This document shows positions 36,891-50,283 of a DNA stretch of 64,000 nt, in pieces. Every line of letters begins with the position of its first letter. The first letter of the stretch is position 1. Made by a program: the position numbers and the translations under genes. The stretch spans positions 2,933,122-2,997,121 of the forward strand of contig JBNZDD010013632.1 in NCBI GenBank assembly GCA_050575255.1, read 5' to 3'. Origin of the DNA: Harriotta raleighana (lineage: Eukaryota). The notes beneath the pieces were generated by a model. It saw nothing but the letters and a program-made list of their open reading frames with translations, searched no databases and was not told the origin of the DNA.

Positions 36891-39800
36891 ATGTGGTTCA
36901 AATCGGAACAGATCTTGTTAGGTAGCTTAATTGGGCAACAAGGGACTGCACCTGTACACTTTGTAATACAATGGTAAGATACTGATTTCTGACTGTAAGT
37001 TCATCACAAGATGAGTTTCAAATCTTAGGGCAGTATCTCAAAGAAGTGCCAAACAGTTTTAAAATAGTACAAGCAAGTGTTCAATCCATTAGGCTCCTCT
37101 CACCACCATTTAACAGTTTTGACAGAAGTATGATGATTGATAACCTTCTTAAACATGGAATGGAGAATGTGGAATGGTGGGGGCATAAAAGAAGGAGGAG
37201 GGGTACTTGGGGAGGCATGAAGGAATGGGGTATGGGCAGCATAAAGGGGGACAAAGCCTTATTGCCGATTCTCTACATAAAGTTAAAATCTTCATTAATC
37301 TTCACCTTCAACAAGCTTCACGACAATTTTTTCAAGATCTTCAATGACCGTTTTAGAGCCGGAGAAGAATAGACATTTTGTGAAGCACTAATTACTGATC
37401 TTTTCGCCAGGTTACCTGATCTGTTTGCTAAGTTGTTAAACTTTAATAAATGGAGCAAAAGGTCCTTTTGCCTTGCTGAAATGTCTTGGATACAGAGGAC
37501 TGTGGGTGAATAAAAATATAAAACAAACTCTTGTTATCTATTGTCTTATTAGTACAGATTTTAAACAAGTGTATTCAAACAGTTTGACATCAAGGCTAGA
37601 TCCATAGACTTGCTACCTTTGTGATACTTTTTAAAAATGCTGCAAAGTATAACAATGGCTGGAATATGTTAAACAGTTTGTGTGTGTGTTTGTGTTTGAT
37701 TTTCTTTGTTTAAAATGCAACCTGAGTTGGCAGACAAGAAGGTATTATTTTTCTCTTTAAATCAAATAGCTTTGTGTGTTCTTGAGACTAAAACCTAGTT
37801 ACAACACAGCATGTCACAGAATTCAGCTGTGCAAGTAGCTGTAATTACACATGGCTGAATTTTGATTGCACAAATTGTCCTCACCTTATCAAGGGAGTAA
37901 GATGCCTAGGAAAAAGCTGATATACGATGCTAAACTGCATGGGGTGAATGTGACAGATATATTTTTAACTACAATTTTTTTGATTAAAACATAATTTTTT
38001 CTATGTCCTAGTAATGTTCATCTTTGTTTATCTCCTTTACTCATTCCCTTCCCCCACTCCACGCCACTGGTGGCATGTTACAAAGCAATTGTATAGTGAC
38101 TCCATTAATCCTACGTTTCCAAGATAGTATCACAGGGATAGTGTGTTTCTACAGAAATTAATTTATCTTGACAACAGGCTTAAAGACTAGAGTCTGGGGA
38201 TCGCTTGCAAGTTCCTTAAAGGCCATTAAAGTAATACAATAATAAACAGAAAGCTGATATTAGCTGCTACTCCTGTGGACCACACAGAGCAGTAAGTGAG
38301 ACTGGCCGTGCTGTGTATAGAGAATGCCACTAAAACCCAGTGACATGCTGAGATCTGCTGCTCTGTGATCCAAGAATAGTATGGATGAATGAATTAACTG
38401 AGTGCTGTTCAGGATACATTAGCAGATTAGTGAAGACAAATGACAAAATCTGTTCAATGCCACTGAAAGGTATATCACAAAGAGTTGTCCTGAAATATTA
38501 CTCGAGTGCAGCTAGGCTTTACACAACAAAGTGATCTATTTGATTGTCACTGTATTATTTTCACCCAGTAATGCTATCAGATACTGAACTCTAAGGTCTT
38601 AGAAGCTAATGTAAGATTGAATAAAAAGTAACTTCTTCCATCTAGCCATCTAACCAGCAGTGTGATGTAGAAATTCTATGTAGAGGAATATTAATATCAT
38701 AGTTCCACATCAATACTGCTGTTTTGTTAACACGTTAGATGCTGTTTAATTATATCGTTTATTTGCAGAGATTTTTAATCCATATTGCATGCACCACATC
38801 AATTATCCAGCATCAATTTCAGTAAATGAATACATACACAAATTGAATTTTACTGACTAATGTTTATTTTCTTACTCAATATCTCTGTGCACATTGTGTG
38901 TCTGTATTTCTAACAGAGAGTGATTACATTTCTCCATAGCAACATTTCCAATCTACACTTCTGCACAGGATGGGATATGGAAAGATATTCATGCACCTGG
39001 TATAACAAAGTAAAACAAAAGTAAAATGGGTTAGCAGTAAGAGATAATCCTAATCAGAATTACATGACACAAATCTACTGTATATGATCTATTGATTAAT
39101 TCAAAGCATTTCTCCTGATGTGAAAGATGCTATACAAATATAATCTGTATTGCATTGGATGTGACCATAGATCGTGAATATCAACAGGCTACTCATCTAT
39201 AATGAACCTAAACGCAAATGTTACTTGAAGTTGGGTTGCTGTGGCTTTAAGAAAGAATCAAACTGCGTATAATAAATAGGCAGTAAAAGGTCCTCTACAT
39301 TGACCATTGCGGATTATATTGATATAGTGTCTACCACATCAGAAGGAAGTCTTGAAGCGCCTTGAGACATCCTCCCATTGTGAAAGGCGCTCTATTAGTG
39401 TAATTTTAATGTTGCTGTTAAAGTACTTTAAATTAATCAATAGATTAAAAATCTCTGCAAATAAACTGTAATTAAGCAATATCTACTGTAACCAGTCCTA
39501 CAATACCTGATTCTCATCCCTATGGCACCACCAGGCAATAAAAATGTTACGAAAGAGATCAGAATCAGGTTTTGTTACCTGGAGGACGGATAGAGTGCAG
39601 TTGTCTTCTCAAGCAAAGTGGCTGTACATATATAGGAATAATCTTAGAAGTTTGTTGACCAATAGTTAGGCCTTATGAGGGAAAACTCCTGTGCAGCCAA
39701 TGGGAAATAAAAAGTTCTGTAGCTAACCTGAGATCATTCACAAAGAAAGAAAAGTGGTTGGGGAAGTTTTGCTGGTGTGGGCAACTGCCTGTTACAAAGT

Positions 39801-42319
39801 CAGCAAGAATTTTCCTGACAATGAGCAGAAACCTAACTTTTAAAAATGAGCACATCAAATTTAAGGCACAATTCCAAGTCTAAAGTATCGAAAATGGTGT
39901 TGGAACTATAGCTACGTGTATTATTGCGACACATTTTTGGGAGGTCTAACTAGATACCTGCTTAGTGTTTCTATGCTTCTAGGAGCAAATTGGCAAAAAA
40001 AATCCGTTTCATTTTTATATTCTAAAAAATGACCCAGAGTTAAAATGTAAACACCTGTGAACAGTTAACAATGCTTTGATTGACAGCACATTACAACAGA
40101 GCTGTTCTGTAAGTGTAGTTATTAAGCTTAGTAAGCACCAACACTTACAGACAAAATTAGCTTTGAGTCAAGATGCATAAACCAGATTGAGTTGCACAGA
40201 AATTCCATGTTCAGTCATGTCCAAATTTCAGCAAATACTAACAGTCAACGTTGTAACTTTGTACAATGACAAGCTATTTAATTGATTTTTTTTTAAATGC
40301 TGATATAGAATTTTTTTTTGTTCCCTAGAATATTTGCTTATGATGCTGTAATTTCAGAAAACTGTGACAAACGCATAAATTATCTTTAGGTTGTGATTCA
40401 AATAAATCTACTGCAATTCAAGATGCATCCTGCAAAGTTTTAAATGTAGTAAAATCCAAATTGATAAATAGAAGAATATTTCTTATATTTCCTGTATTTG
40501 TTTTTTGAAAAGCACCACTTATACCAATTGCTTGATGGAGATCAGGTGAACCTGAGACAAACTGACATCATGGTATTACCCTTCTGTTAAAAAGTTCAAT
40601 AGACATTAGCTTCAATTAGATTTAACATTAGTATTATGAAGGTTCAGATAATGGATAGAGGTATCAAGTCCCATCACTGCAACAGGATTCAAAAAAAATT
40701 ACTGATCTCCTTGAGAGTATTTAGCATTCAGAAAGTAATTTCTTCGTACATGAAGTCTTCATAATCGTCAGTGTTGAAGCTTGATTTCTTCAGACGCTAA
40801 GATCAATTTTCTCAGATTTGAGATGGCGGGCTGAAACATCTGGAGGGAATCGCCCTTCAATAATATCGAGGACACATTTTAACTTTGAAGCCATATAAAC
40901 TTCTCCACATATGTGGTCTATTTATCCAATATATAATGATCTGTAAGTGTGACAAACTATTGTGAATATCTGAATGAGTTTGAAATCCCATTGTAGAATA
41001 GTTGTAAGATGTTCCCTGCATGTAAAACATTCTTAATGTTCCCACCAACTCGGTCAGCTCAATATGCAGTTAGTTAAGTATGTTTGAATAAATCATTTGT
41101 TGAAGAAATCTTAATGGATTTATTTACATTCTAACAATGTGGGAAATTGCAACCGGCTCCTTTGGAATGAATTAAAATAAATTGTTTCCTTAGAACAGAA
41201 ATACTTGTTTAAGAAGAACAGGCTCCCCTAAGATCCCACTGTTCCCCATATGTTTTGGTTTCTCCAAGTTAACACTTGCAACCTGTTTTTCAAAGTTGCT
41301 TAGTTTGCTACTTGATAACTGAATTTTTGTGAGTTTCTCCCTTTCTTCACGCAAGAAGTCTTGAAAGTATCTTGCCTACAAATGAAGAAAAACTAAACAT
41401 TAAAATAGAACCAAACCAGACAGAAGCAAAAGGATCATTAATATACACGCAAATAATGAACAGCAGCTGTACATATCAAGTACAGATTCTATTTATTTTA
41501 AATCACCCAAACATTTGATGAGAACAAATAGCCGGTCTTTCTATCAAAACTACACAAACACAAGCCAGACATCCTGAATTAATAAGTCCCTGCAGGATTT
41601 TTACAGCTAATAAGGTAGCACAATTTTTCCATGACGCTTAAAATATGATCATCTAGAAATATTTTTTAGTAAAAGATACAGTCCTTCTGATGGGTTTCAC
41701 AGTGATATCTGTGTGATTAAAATGATGGTGGAATCAATTCTACATAAGGAACTGACTAAATAATATCCTGATCAAATTTATTATGGTTGTCACAAATATG
41801 GGGCTGTACAGATTACAAGACCTCATCATTAAGATGCAGTAAACATTGCATCCACCAGCACTTTGGTTATAAGTACTCAATCGTGACAATAAGTTTGAAA
41901 TGGAAGGACAGCAGAAACAGCAAAAGCATCAAGAAAAGTTATAAAACCCAGAGCAGCAAACAAATTTAAGAACCAACATAATTGACAAATTATGTGAAAT
42001 AGGCCGGCTGGGATTGCATGTAGCAAAGCCATTAATCAATGTTCTGTGATTGACCAAGATGTTACATTTCAGAATGGCTGGAATTACTGAACAGCACAAG
42101 TTTAAAATACCGTGATGTACAGCTACTAATAGATGAAAGTGGAAGGGAATATTTACATTACTCAACTCAGAGAGAAACAGGAACAGGAACAAACCCAAGG
42201 GCATCTGAAAAATAAAACCAAGAGCATATGCTACTGAAAATGAACAAAACCTGAAAACAGCAGAGGTCATTAAATATGCAACACAACAAGGCCTATTTTA
42301 TCCAATGGTGAATGCGTAA

Positions 42320-42544
42320 GATTCACATCTTGGGCAAGAGAAAATAAATCAAATCATTGCTACACTGAAACGAGTTATTTGTGAGGAAACGTCAAAGCCA
42401 AAGTAAACTTATTAAACATTTCTAATTTTNGGATTCACATCTTGGGCAAGAGAAAATAAATCAAATCATTGCTACACTGTATATGTGAGGAATATGTGAG
42501 GAAACGTCAAAGCCAAAGTAAACTTATTAAACATTTCTAATTTT
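42320..42544. other. Assembly overlap duplication around n42430 (two alleles)
   Basis: 42320-42429 is repeated at 42432-42544 with one complex indel. Confidence 0.85.
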
Positions 42545-42679
42545 AATAACACATTTGTGTAAATTTCTACAATTCCATAAAATGCAACCACAAATTGTAT
42601 TTACATAAAGCCTTTCTCATAGTGAGGATGCTCCAAAGCATTGGACTGTCAAGGGTGCGGTTATATACTACATATTTAA

Positions 42680-42875
42680 TAGCAAAGCTCTTGGGAGAGA
42701 AAAAGAGAACAAGTAGCTATTGGAATATCCAGAGGTTTTCCTCCATTGTATTTGAGTTAAAGAGTATCTATGTGGAACTTTTGAGTTGGGAACCAGTCCA
42801 TTGCTTAGGAATAAGATAGACTTTTTAATAGAAGGAGCAGGCTTATTGAGCTGATTGACCTTTTCATGCTCTAAT
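42680..42875 (+). mobile_element. Degenerate CR1-like LINE 3' end
   Basis: Ends ggagcaggcttattgagctgattgaccttttcatgctct, resembling the recalled CR1 3' terminal hairpin. Confidence 0.4.
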
Positions 42876-43658
42876 CTGTTTTATAAAGGCTTTTACCAGA
42901 CAAGAGCAACATCTGCACTCCTCATCTCTGAGAAGCAACTACTGTAATTGACTGAGCTGACGTCTGGGACATGCCTAACTCTGACTGTCTCATATAAGTC
43001 ATCTAGTATTACAGTATCTGACTTTCCAATGGTGGTGGAGAACAACTGCTATTAAAAACATAGCATTACTGAAGCGCTTTTGTTAACATTAAATTAAGTG
43101 GAATACAGCTGGATGGGAAATTCATATTTTTATTGCTCTTGTTCATTTTATGTCGGCAGTCTCACTTCTATCGTTTCATACTCCAGAGTAATTCTAAATT
43201 GTTCTTGCTTGTGTAATAAAACTCTTAATACATAATTTCCTCCAGTATCCTCTCATTTGAAAAGCTATTTATTAATGACTTTTTAAAAAAATGAAGCATG
43301 TGAATTTATTACTCCTGAGCTAAAAAGAAAACTCATTATCTTGCCACTTATACATCTGACTCTGCCTGCATGCTTCATTTTGATTAATACACATGTAAAA
43401 TTTCCACTGTACCTTGTTGTAGCCAGCACATTGAAGTAATAGCCTGCTCAATACATTATACATTTGCATTCTGACTTGCTGTGGAGGTTGAGTTTTGAGC
43501 CCCATGGTAAAGTGGGGGGGTGGGAATGGGGTGTGGGGGTTGGTGAGGTGGGGATTGAGGTGGGGAAGATACTCTGTCAGCAGAAAGAACTTGTCAACAA
43601 TTGATTCGTTTTTCAAATGTGTTTCCTTGTGAAATAAAATTGGTCATTTTAAATACAC

Positions 43659-43808
43659 GACTGTTTGTGGGACACTGCTGTGCGAAATTGTCTGCCGCAT
43701 TTCGTCCACAAATATACAGTCAATTCACTTTACAGTATATTCTGTGAAGCGCTTTGAGACGTCGATAAGATGTGAAAAGCGCTATATCAAATGCAAGGAT
43801 TATTATTG
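43659..43808 (+). mobile_element. Well-preserved SINE 3' segment
   Basis: gactgtttgtgggacactgctgtgcgaaattgtctgccgc...gaagcgctttgagacgtc...gtgaaaagcgctatatcaaatgcaaggattattatt. CpGs are intact. Confidence 0.88.
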
Positions 43809-43815
43809 TTAGAAT

Positions 43816-45948
43816 TAACTGAACGATTGGTTGAACAAAGGGAAAATAATAACAATCATCCTGCACATCATCACGTTGGAAAAGCAATCCACCAATCGAC
43901 TTACTTACTGCCAGGTAAACAGGTGTGTGGAGAAAGGGACCTGAGCAAGATATGAAATTATAACCAAAGAGTAAAATGGGAGAATGCGCTTCTCATTTAT
44001 AAAAGTAAATCAATTATTTTATTTTGAAAAACCAATAGGTTAACTCCTAATTCTATTAATATGTAACGAAATGAGGAGTGGCATATCACCAGGAGGAGGA
44101 TCACAACAGGTGAACTCCTTCGACAACAGTAAAAAAACATGCTTTGCTGTCTGGGTGATACTGAGTCAGATTTTTCCCATGTACCCGTGTACACTGGAAA
44201 TCAAATCTGCCATGATGATGAACTTAGCCTACCACAATACCACTTCAATGTGGTGACTTCAATACTAACATATAGTATTCGGAATTGCTCTGGACACAAG
44301 TATTAAAGAGTGCGTGTGAGCGTGTGCACTCTTTTATTCCTCGACACTATGTATTCTTCTCGTGGGCTCATCATTAAATCCCCTGCAACGCAGTGTTACA
44401 ATTCCTGAACTAAAGCTGATTTTTTTTCACCTCCGGTGTGATAAAATATCACTGTAGTATCTTTAAAGGGAACTCCGGTCACCAACATGCTAGCTCAGTG
44501 ACCTCATCAATGTTCATGTTCCAGGGGCCATGACCCAGGTGCCAGCACGTCTCAGTAGAAAAGCTAACAGATGTGGCACGCGGGGGACAACACAATATTT
44601 CATTTCTTTTCTGCTGCCTCAGCTATTGGTGCCTGCTGACTGGATGGAACTTTGAAGGTCAAAAGCCACCGGTTGGCTTTCAGCACACCCAAGCAATCTT
44701 TCACACTTGTGGGTTGTGATTGCTCAAAAACAAAATGATACTTGACGTGCTGCCAAAATAATGCAGCTGTAACAGGGTTTCCACTTGCTAAGCTTCATTC
44801 CGGGAGAGAACCTCTTTGTGATTCGGCCCCTCAGTCCGTGAATCACACACGCTGCTTTTTTGGGTCAATACTTCCACTCATNTAACTGAACGATTGGTTG
44901 AACAAAGGGAAAATAATAACAATCATCCTGCACATCATCACGTTGGAAAAGCAATCCACCAATCGACTTACTTACTGCCAGGTAAACAGGTGTGTGGAGA
45001 AAGGGACCTGAGCAAGATATGAAATTATAACCAAAGAGTAAAATGGGAGAATGCGCTTCTCATTTATAAAAGTAAATCAATTATTTTATTTTGAAAAACC
45101 AATAGGTTAACTCCTAATTCTATTAATATGTAACGAAATGAGGAGTGGCATATCACCAGGAGGAGGATCACAACAGGTGAACTCCTTCGACAACAGTAAA
45201 AAAACATACTTTGCTGTCTGGGTGATACTGAGTCAGATTTTTCCCATGTACCCGTGTACACTGGAAATCAAATCTGCCATGATGATGAACTTAGCCTACC
45301 ACAATACCACTTCAATGTGGTGACTTCAATACTAACATATAGTATTCGGAATTGCTCTGGACACAAGTATTAAAGAGTGCGTGTGAGCGTGTGCACTCTT
45401 TTATTCCTCGACACTATGTATTCTTCTCGTGGGCTCATCATTAAATCCCCTGCAACGCAGTGTTACAATTCCTGAACTAAAGCTGATTTTTTTTCACCTC
45501 CGGTGTGATAAAATATCACTGTAGTATCTGTAAAGGGAACTCCGGTCACCAACATGCTAGCTCAGTGACCTCATCAATGTTCATGTTCCAGGGGCCATGA
45601 CCCAGGTGCCAGCACGTCTCAGTAGAAAAGCTAACAGATGTGGCACGCGGGGGACAACACAATATTTCATTTCTTTTCTGCTGCCTCAGCTATTGGTGCC
45701 TGCTGACTGGATGGAACTTTGAAGGTCAAAAGCCACCGGTTGGCTTTCAGCACACCCAAGCAATCTTTCACACTTGTGGGTTGTGATTGCTCAAAAACAA
45801 AATGATACTTGACGTGCTGCCAAAATAATGCAGCTGTAACAGGGTTTCCACTTGCTAAGCTTCATTCCGGGAGAGAACCTCTTTGTGATTCGGCCCCTCA
45901 GTCCGTGAATCACACACGCTGCTTTTTTGGGTCAATACTTCCACTCAT
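43816..45948. other. 1,066 bp tandem duplication around n44882 (probable uncollapsed haplotypes)
   Basis: 43816-44881 equals 44883-45948 (offset 1067). Substitutions seen: aacatgc/aacatac and ctttaaag/ctgtaaag. Confidence 0.9.
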
Positions 45949-47921
45949 TTTATTTTTGTTCAAAGAGAGAGAGAAAAAAAAACTCGTACCAAGGCATTTT
46001 TGTTCTCATTTTCAAGTTACTTTTGTTTTGCTCATCTTCCCGCCTCCGCCCATCATTGGATTCCCGCAGCTGCCTAGCTTCTTTCTTCAGCTTGAGGGGT
46101 TGCAGTAGGAGAGGCTGTTTGCTCTATGCTGTTAGTAATGCTACTCTGTGATCAGCTGAGTGGAGTTTTGCCTCTATGGTGTGGGGCACTTTCATTTTTT
46201 TCTTCACTGATGCTGAGCTCTGTCACTGTGCAGTGTCTCATGTGGTGCCTTAGCCAAAAGGGGAAGCGATTCGTATAACAGTTATGTCCGTGTTTGAGCT
46301 TGTATTACACAGAAAGAGAGCACAGTAACTGCATCACTGAAATCCTGAAAGGTCTTTCACAGAAGTTTTATTGGAAGCATAATTTTCTCTTTTCACGTAG
46401 CCAGAGATGGTAATTTAATTACAATGGCAGTCTTGCATCCAGCTTGTGTAAGTTAAGATTGTACAGCACTTCCATAACTCTACATTTCAAAAATGTATTC
46501 ATGTGTATGTGTGCCCTATTTATAGTACTATGAAAATGATGTAACCAAGGCGGAGTGGGGTGGGGATTTGCTACAAGAGGAAACTGGATTCTTGCTGCTC
46601 ATTTTGAAACCCTTTTTCCTGGACTTTGCACACACCCATCTTAAGTTGTATTCAGAACTAGGCTTAAAGGACCTCAAATGCTGGTTCATTTTTAAGTTCT
46701 CAAAGGATAGCAATGGTTCTGATAGCAATTAAAATAATAGTTTTAACTTTTTTTTAAAATCTTTAAATTTAAAATGTAACAATTGTAGCTGTAGCTGTTG
46801 TCATGAGATGTGATGGGCAATCATGCCCACTGGGTTTTAGGAAGCTCGTAATCAAAAGAATAAAACATTGTATGAAACTGTGTCATATACCAAAGTTCAT
46901 ACATTTTCTGAAATTGTACAATTCTGATGCATTGATATACAATCAAAAGGCAGGTTCTAATCATTTACAGCAACTAAGTTGAGAAATGCAGTTTGCTTAA
47001 GATTGATCCATATTGGGAGTATTGTACGAAGAATGAGGATTTTCTTATTTCTATTCTTATGGGGAGGTTTTTGCCCCCCGAATTCATTCGAAACCTCTCA
47101 AGGCTACAATGAGGCTGCCGATAACTGATTACATTTGTGACATTTAACATTTACATCCATCAGAGATTGAGTGACCTTCGTCACCCACCTCCAGCTGACT
47201 TTGAACTTAGGCCTGGCAGAGGTGAAAGGGGATGACCTAAATCATTAAGCAATTGAATTTTCAATCTTTCTTCTTAGTCTAGTCATTAAACACTATTATC
47301 GATGGCTTTCACTTTCACCGTCTGTGTGTACCAAATAGCCCTACAAATAAACCGAATAACACTAAGTGCATAGATTTTAGTCACACAGAAGAAAATTTAT
47401 CATAGGCTGTAGAAAAAAAACTACCAGCATCTTCATTTAATGTTCATTCAAAGACAATTTATGCCTCTTGATTACCCCAGTAATTTTTCATAATTAACAC
47501 TGAGGTAAATCAACACTGGTGAAATCATTGAACTAGATAATAAAGGTTTCAACTTAATTTTCTGCCTTATTAACTCTTTATCTACTAAATTCATACAGTG
47601 AATATATTTTTACATTAATTGTCACATTTCCAAAATGTATTTCTCAATTAATGGAGATGAACAGTAAAGAAAATCACAACTTTTCAAGTGTATAATTTTC
47701 TTCGGATTACAGTACATTTCATAATTCCCTTATGGTAAATACAATAACACACCAGATTGCATTGTTGTTTATTTGTTCCTATCATTAAGCCTTTTCACGT
47801 CATCTGTTAATCCATGTCAATCCCAGATCAGGAAGGTGCCAGTGGCTGCTAATACTCAAGTCTAATTAGTCATTCACACTCTGTTTATATTAAATATTTT
47901 TATGTTTAAATAATTTTAGAA

Positions 47922-48282
47922 ATAATAATAAATAATAATCCTTGCATTTGATACAGCACTTTTCCTGCCTTCTAGACATCCTCACGGAATATATTGTAAA
48001 GTGAATTGTCTGTATATTTATGGGTGGAATTCGGCAGCCTATTGTGCACAGCATTGTCCCACAAACAGTCAAGGATTGAGTGACCAAATTATTATTTTTA
48101 TAGAAGGAAGGATTATTAATCCTGCATAAGCGATCCACCAATCGACTAACAACCAGGTTCCTACTTATTACTCCATAAACGTGTTTGGAGCAAGGAAACT
48201 TGCCCAACAATTCACCCTGCAAGGAATTGAACACAGGTTTCTTACTTGAGAGGCAAGTGCTCTAACTGAGCTACAGGACTCC
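47922..48282 (-). mobile_element. Full-length tRNA-derived SINE (type B head)
   Basis: Minus-strand head ggagtcctgtagctcagttagagcacttgcc...gtgttcaattcc; same body and tail as 33211-33559. Confidence 0.85.
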
Positions 48283-48540
48283 ATGATATATAATGTTTAC
48301 ATTATAAATGCTTTGAGTACTGATCAATTCCTGTTCTGCTCTTAATTAGACCCTAAAAAATTCTTGGCAGTTCTTAAAATTAGTCTAAATACCAAGTTCC
48401 AGAATTCTGATTTTATACTTTGTTTTGTATGATGTATTCAGTAATCTCCTGCACATCCTTAAACTGAACCACGTCTTCAGGATCCCAGAAAATTACAGTA
48501 GTAGTACAAAAAAGTGACTAATCTGAATTTATAATGTAAA

Positions 48541-48843
48541 AATAATAACCCTTGCATTTGATAGCACCTCAACTCATCGAGGTATCTCAAAGCACTTCCT
48601 AGGATATACAGTAAAGTGAATTGACTGTACATTTTGTGGGTGAATTATGGCAGCCAGTGGAACACAGCAATGTCCCATAAACAACCATGGAGTGAATGAC
48701 CAATCAGATTTTTGGAAATTTTGGAGCCAAGGCACCAATTCTTTTGAAATAGGGATCTTTAACATGAACAGGCAAACAGGACTTTGGGTTAATGTCTTTC
48801 TACCTGAAAAGGCAAACAGGACTTGTCTTGTCTGAAGGATGGC
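48541..48843 (-). mobile_element. Deu-domain SINE, tail and partial core
   Basis: Shared tail plus gaaatagggatctttaacatgaacaggcaaacaggactttgggttaatgtc...tctgaaggatggc. Confidence 0.75.
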
Positions 48844-50164
48844 TTTATAATTTTCTAATGATTTTATAGCAAAATATTTGACTGAAATCATATTATTGTC
48901 ATTCCTGCTTATAACCCACTTTCTAGCTGTAAAGCTAAACACTGCAGTAACCAGATTCAACTATAACTTGAACATGCTAAGTCTATAAAAGCACTGAGCA
49001 ATTTAGGATATAATTGAAAAAATGTGCGCACGTTATATAGATCTTTTTCTGTGCCACAAAATGCAATGAGATAGACTTCAAAGAGTTAAAATAAGATGAG
49101 GTCCAATGTCACCATTACACCAGGGAATTTTGAAACAGTTTTGCAAAGTCTGCGTTAAGAATAATTTTGCATTTGAATCAATGTGCTCAGGCAGTGAGTT
49201 CTGAAGACATCTCACTGTCTGGAGATGTAAATTCATTATTGTTTCAAACTATAAATCAATCACCAAGGTCTATGTGTTCATCTAAATCATTATTTGCGTA
49301 GCATTCCAACCATGTCCAAATCGACAGCCCCAGAATTTGAAAGTAACTTTAGTTTGTGCCTAGCACACAAGAAACCTTAAATGTAATTGGACAATTAGAA
49401 ATTGAATTGCCTCTAGGTAAGGTCAGGGTGGTGAAGGTTAATCATAGGAAATGGCAGTGATTACTTGTAGTAAATTTTTAATCTTTCTGAACTCGACAAG
49501 AAAGGTGCTTCTAAAATATAGTTTCCTATTTTAGATGAGTTCTCATTGATTATTGTATTAAATATTGCTCTATCCATATCTCCAACAAAACTATCACGAA
49601 ATACTACAGAATTTGCAGAACAAAAACATCTTTACAGATGAACATGATGTGAGGTATAGTTTTCCTGACTTTATTTCAAAGGAGTTTGACCACATTCTTG
49701 GCTGAACTGGTTTAGATGCTGTAGCATATTTGACAATTTTGATGTTGCTTTTCTATTTGTATTTATTTGAATTTGTAGTGTCAAGCCAACTGGTGGCATA
49801 ACAAAATAAAACAAACATTGAAAATTTGCAAAGAGTTCATCAACATCTGATACAAGAAGGTAATGATCCTTGCCTTTGATACAGCACCTTTCATGTTAGG
49901 ACAATATATCAAAAAGCTTCACAGGATTTACTGCAAAGAGTATTGATTGTATATTTTGTAGGTGAATGAGATATTTGAGAAGTGAGTATCGAGAGGAATG
50001 GAGGTAAGGTGGGAAAATGCGATTTAAACACCAGTTAATCAATCTATAATCAATTGGTAAGACAACAGGCTCAATTAGTTGAATGGCCTTCTACCACTAT
50101 ATTCTTAACATAAGCTAAGGTTTCAGGGAGAACATTTCTGAAGTTGTCTTTTTATGTTTATCAT

Positions 50165-50283
50165 GTGTCAGCCTGGCTCAGTGGTAGCACTCCTGCCTCT
50201 GAGCTAGAAGGTTGTAAGTTCAAGCCCCATGTTAGTTGTGGGATCAAGCCTTGAACGACACACAGTCTCAGCTGACACTCCAA
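50165..50283 (+). mobile_element. DeuSINE tRNA-derived 5' head fragment
   Basis: gtgtcagcctggctcagtggtagcactcctgcctctgag.tagaaggttgtaagttcaagcccc (A box TGGCTCAGTGG, B box GTTCAAGCC)...gctgacactcc. Confidence 0.75.
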
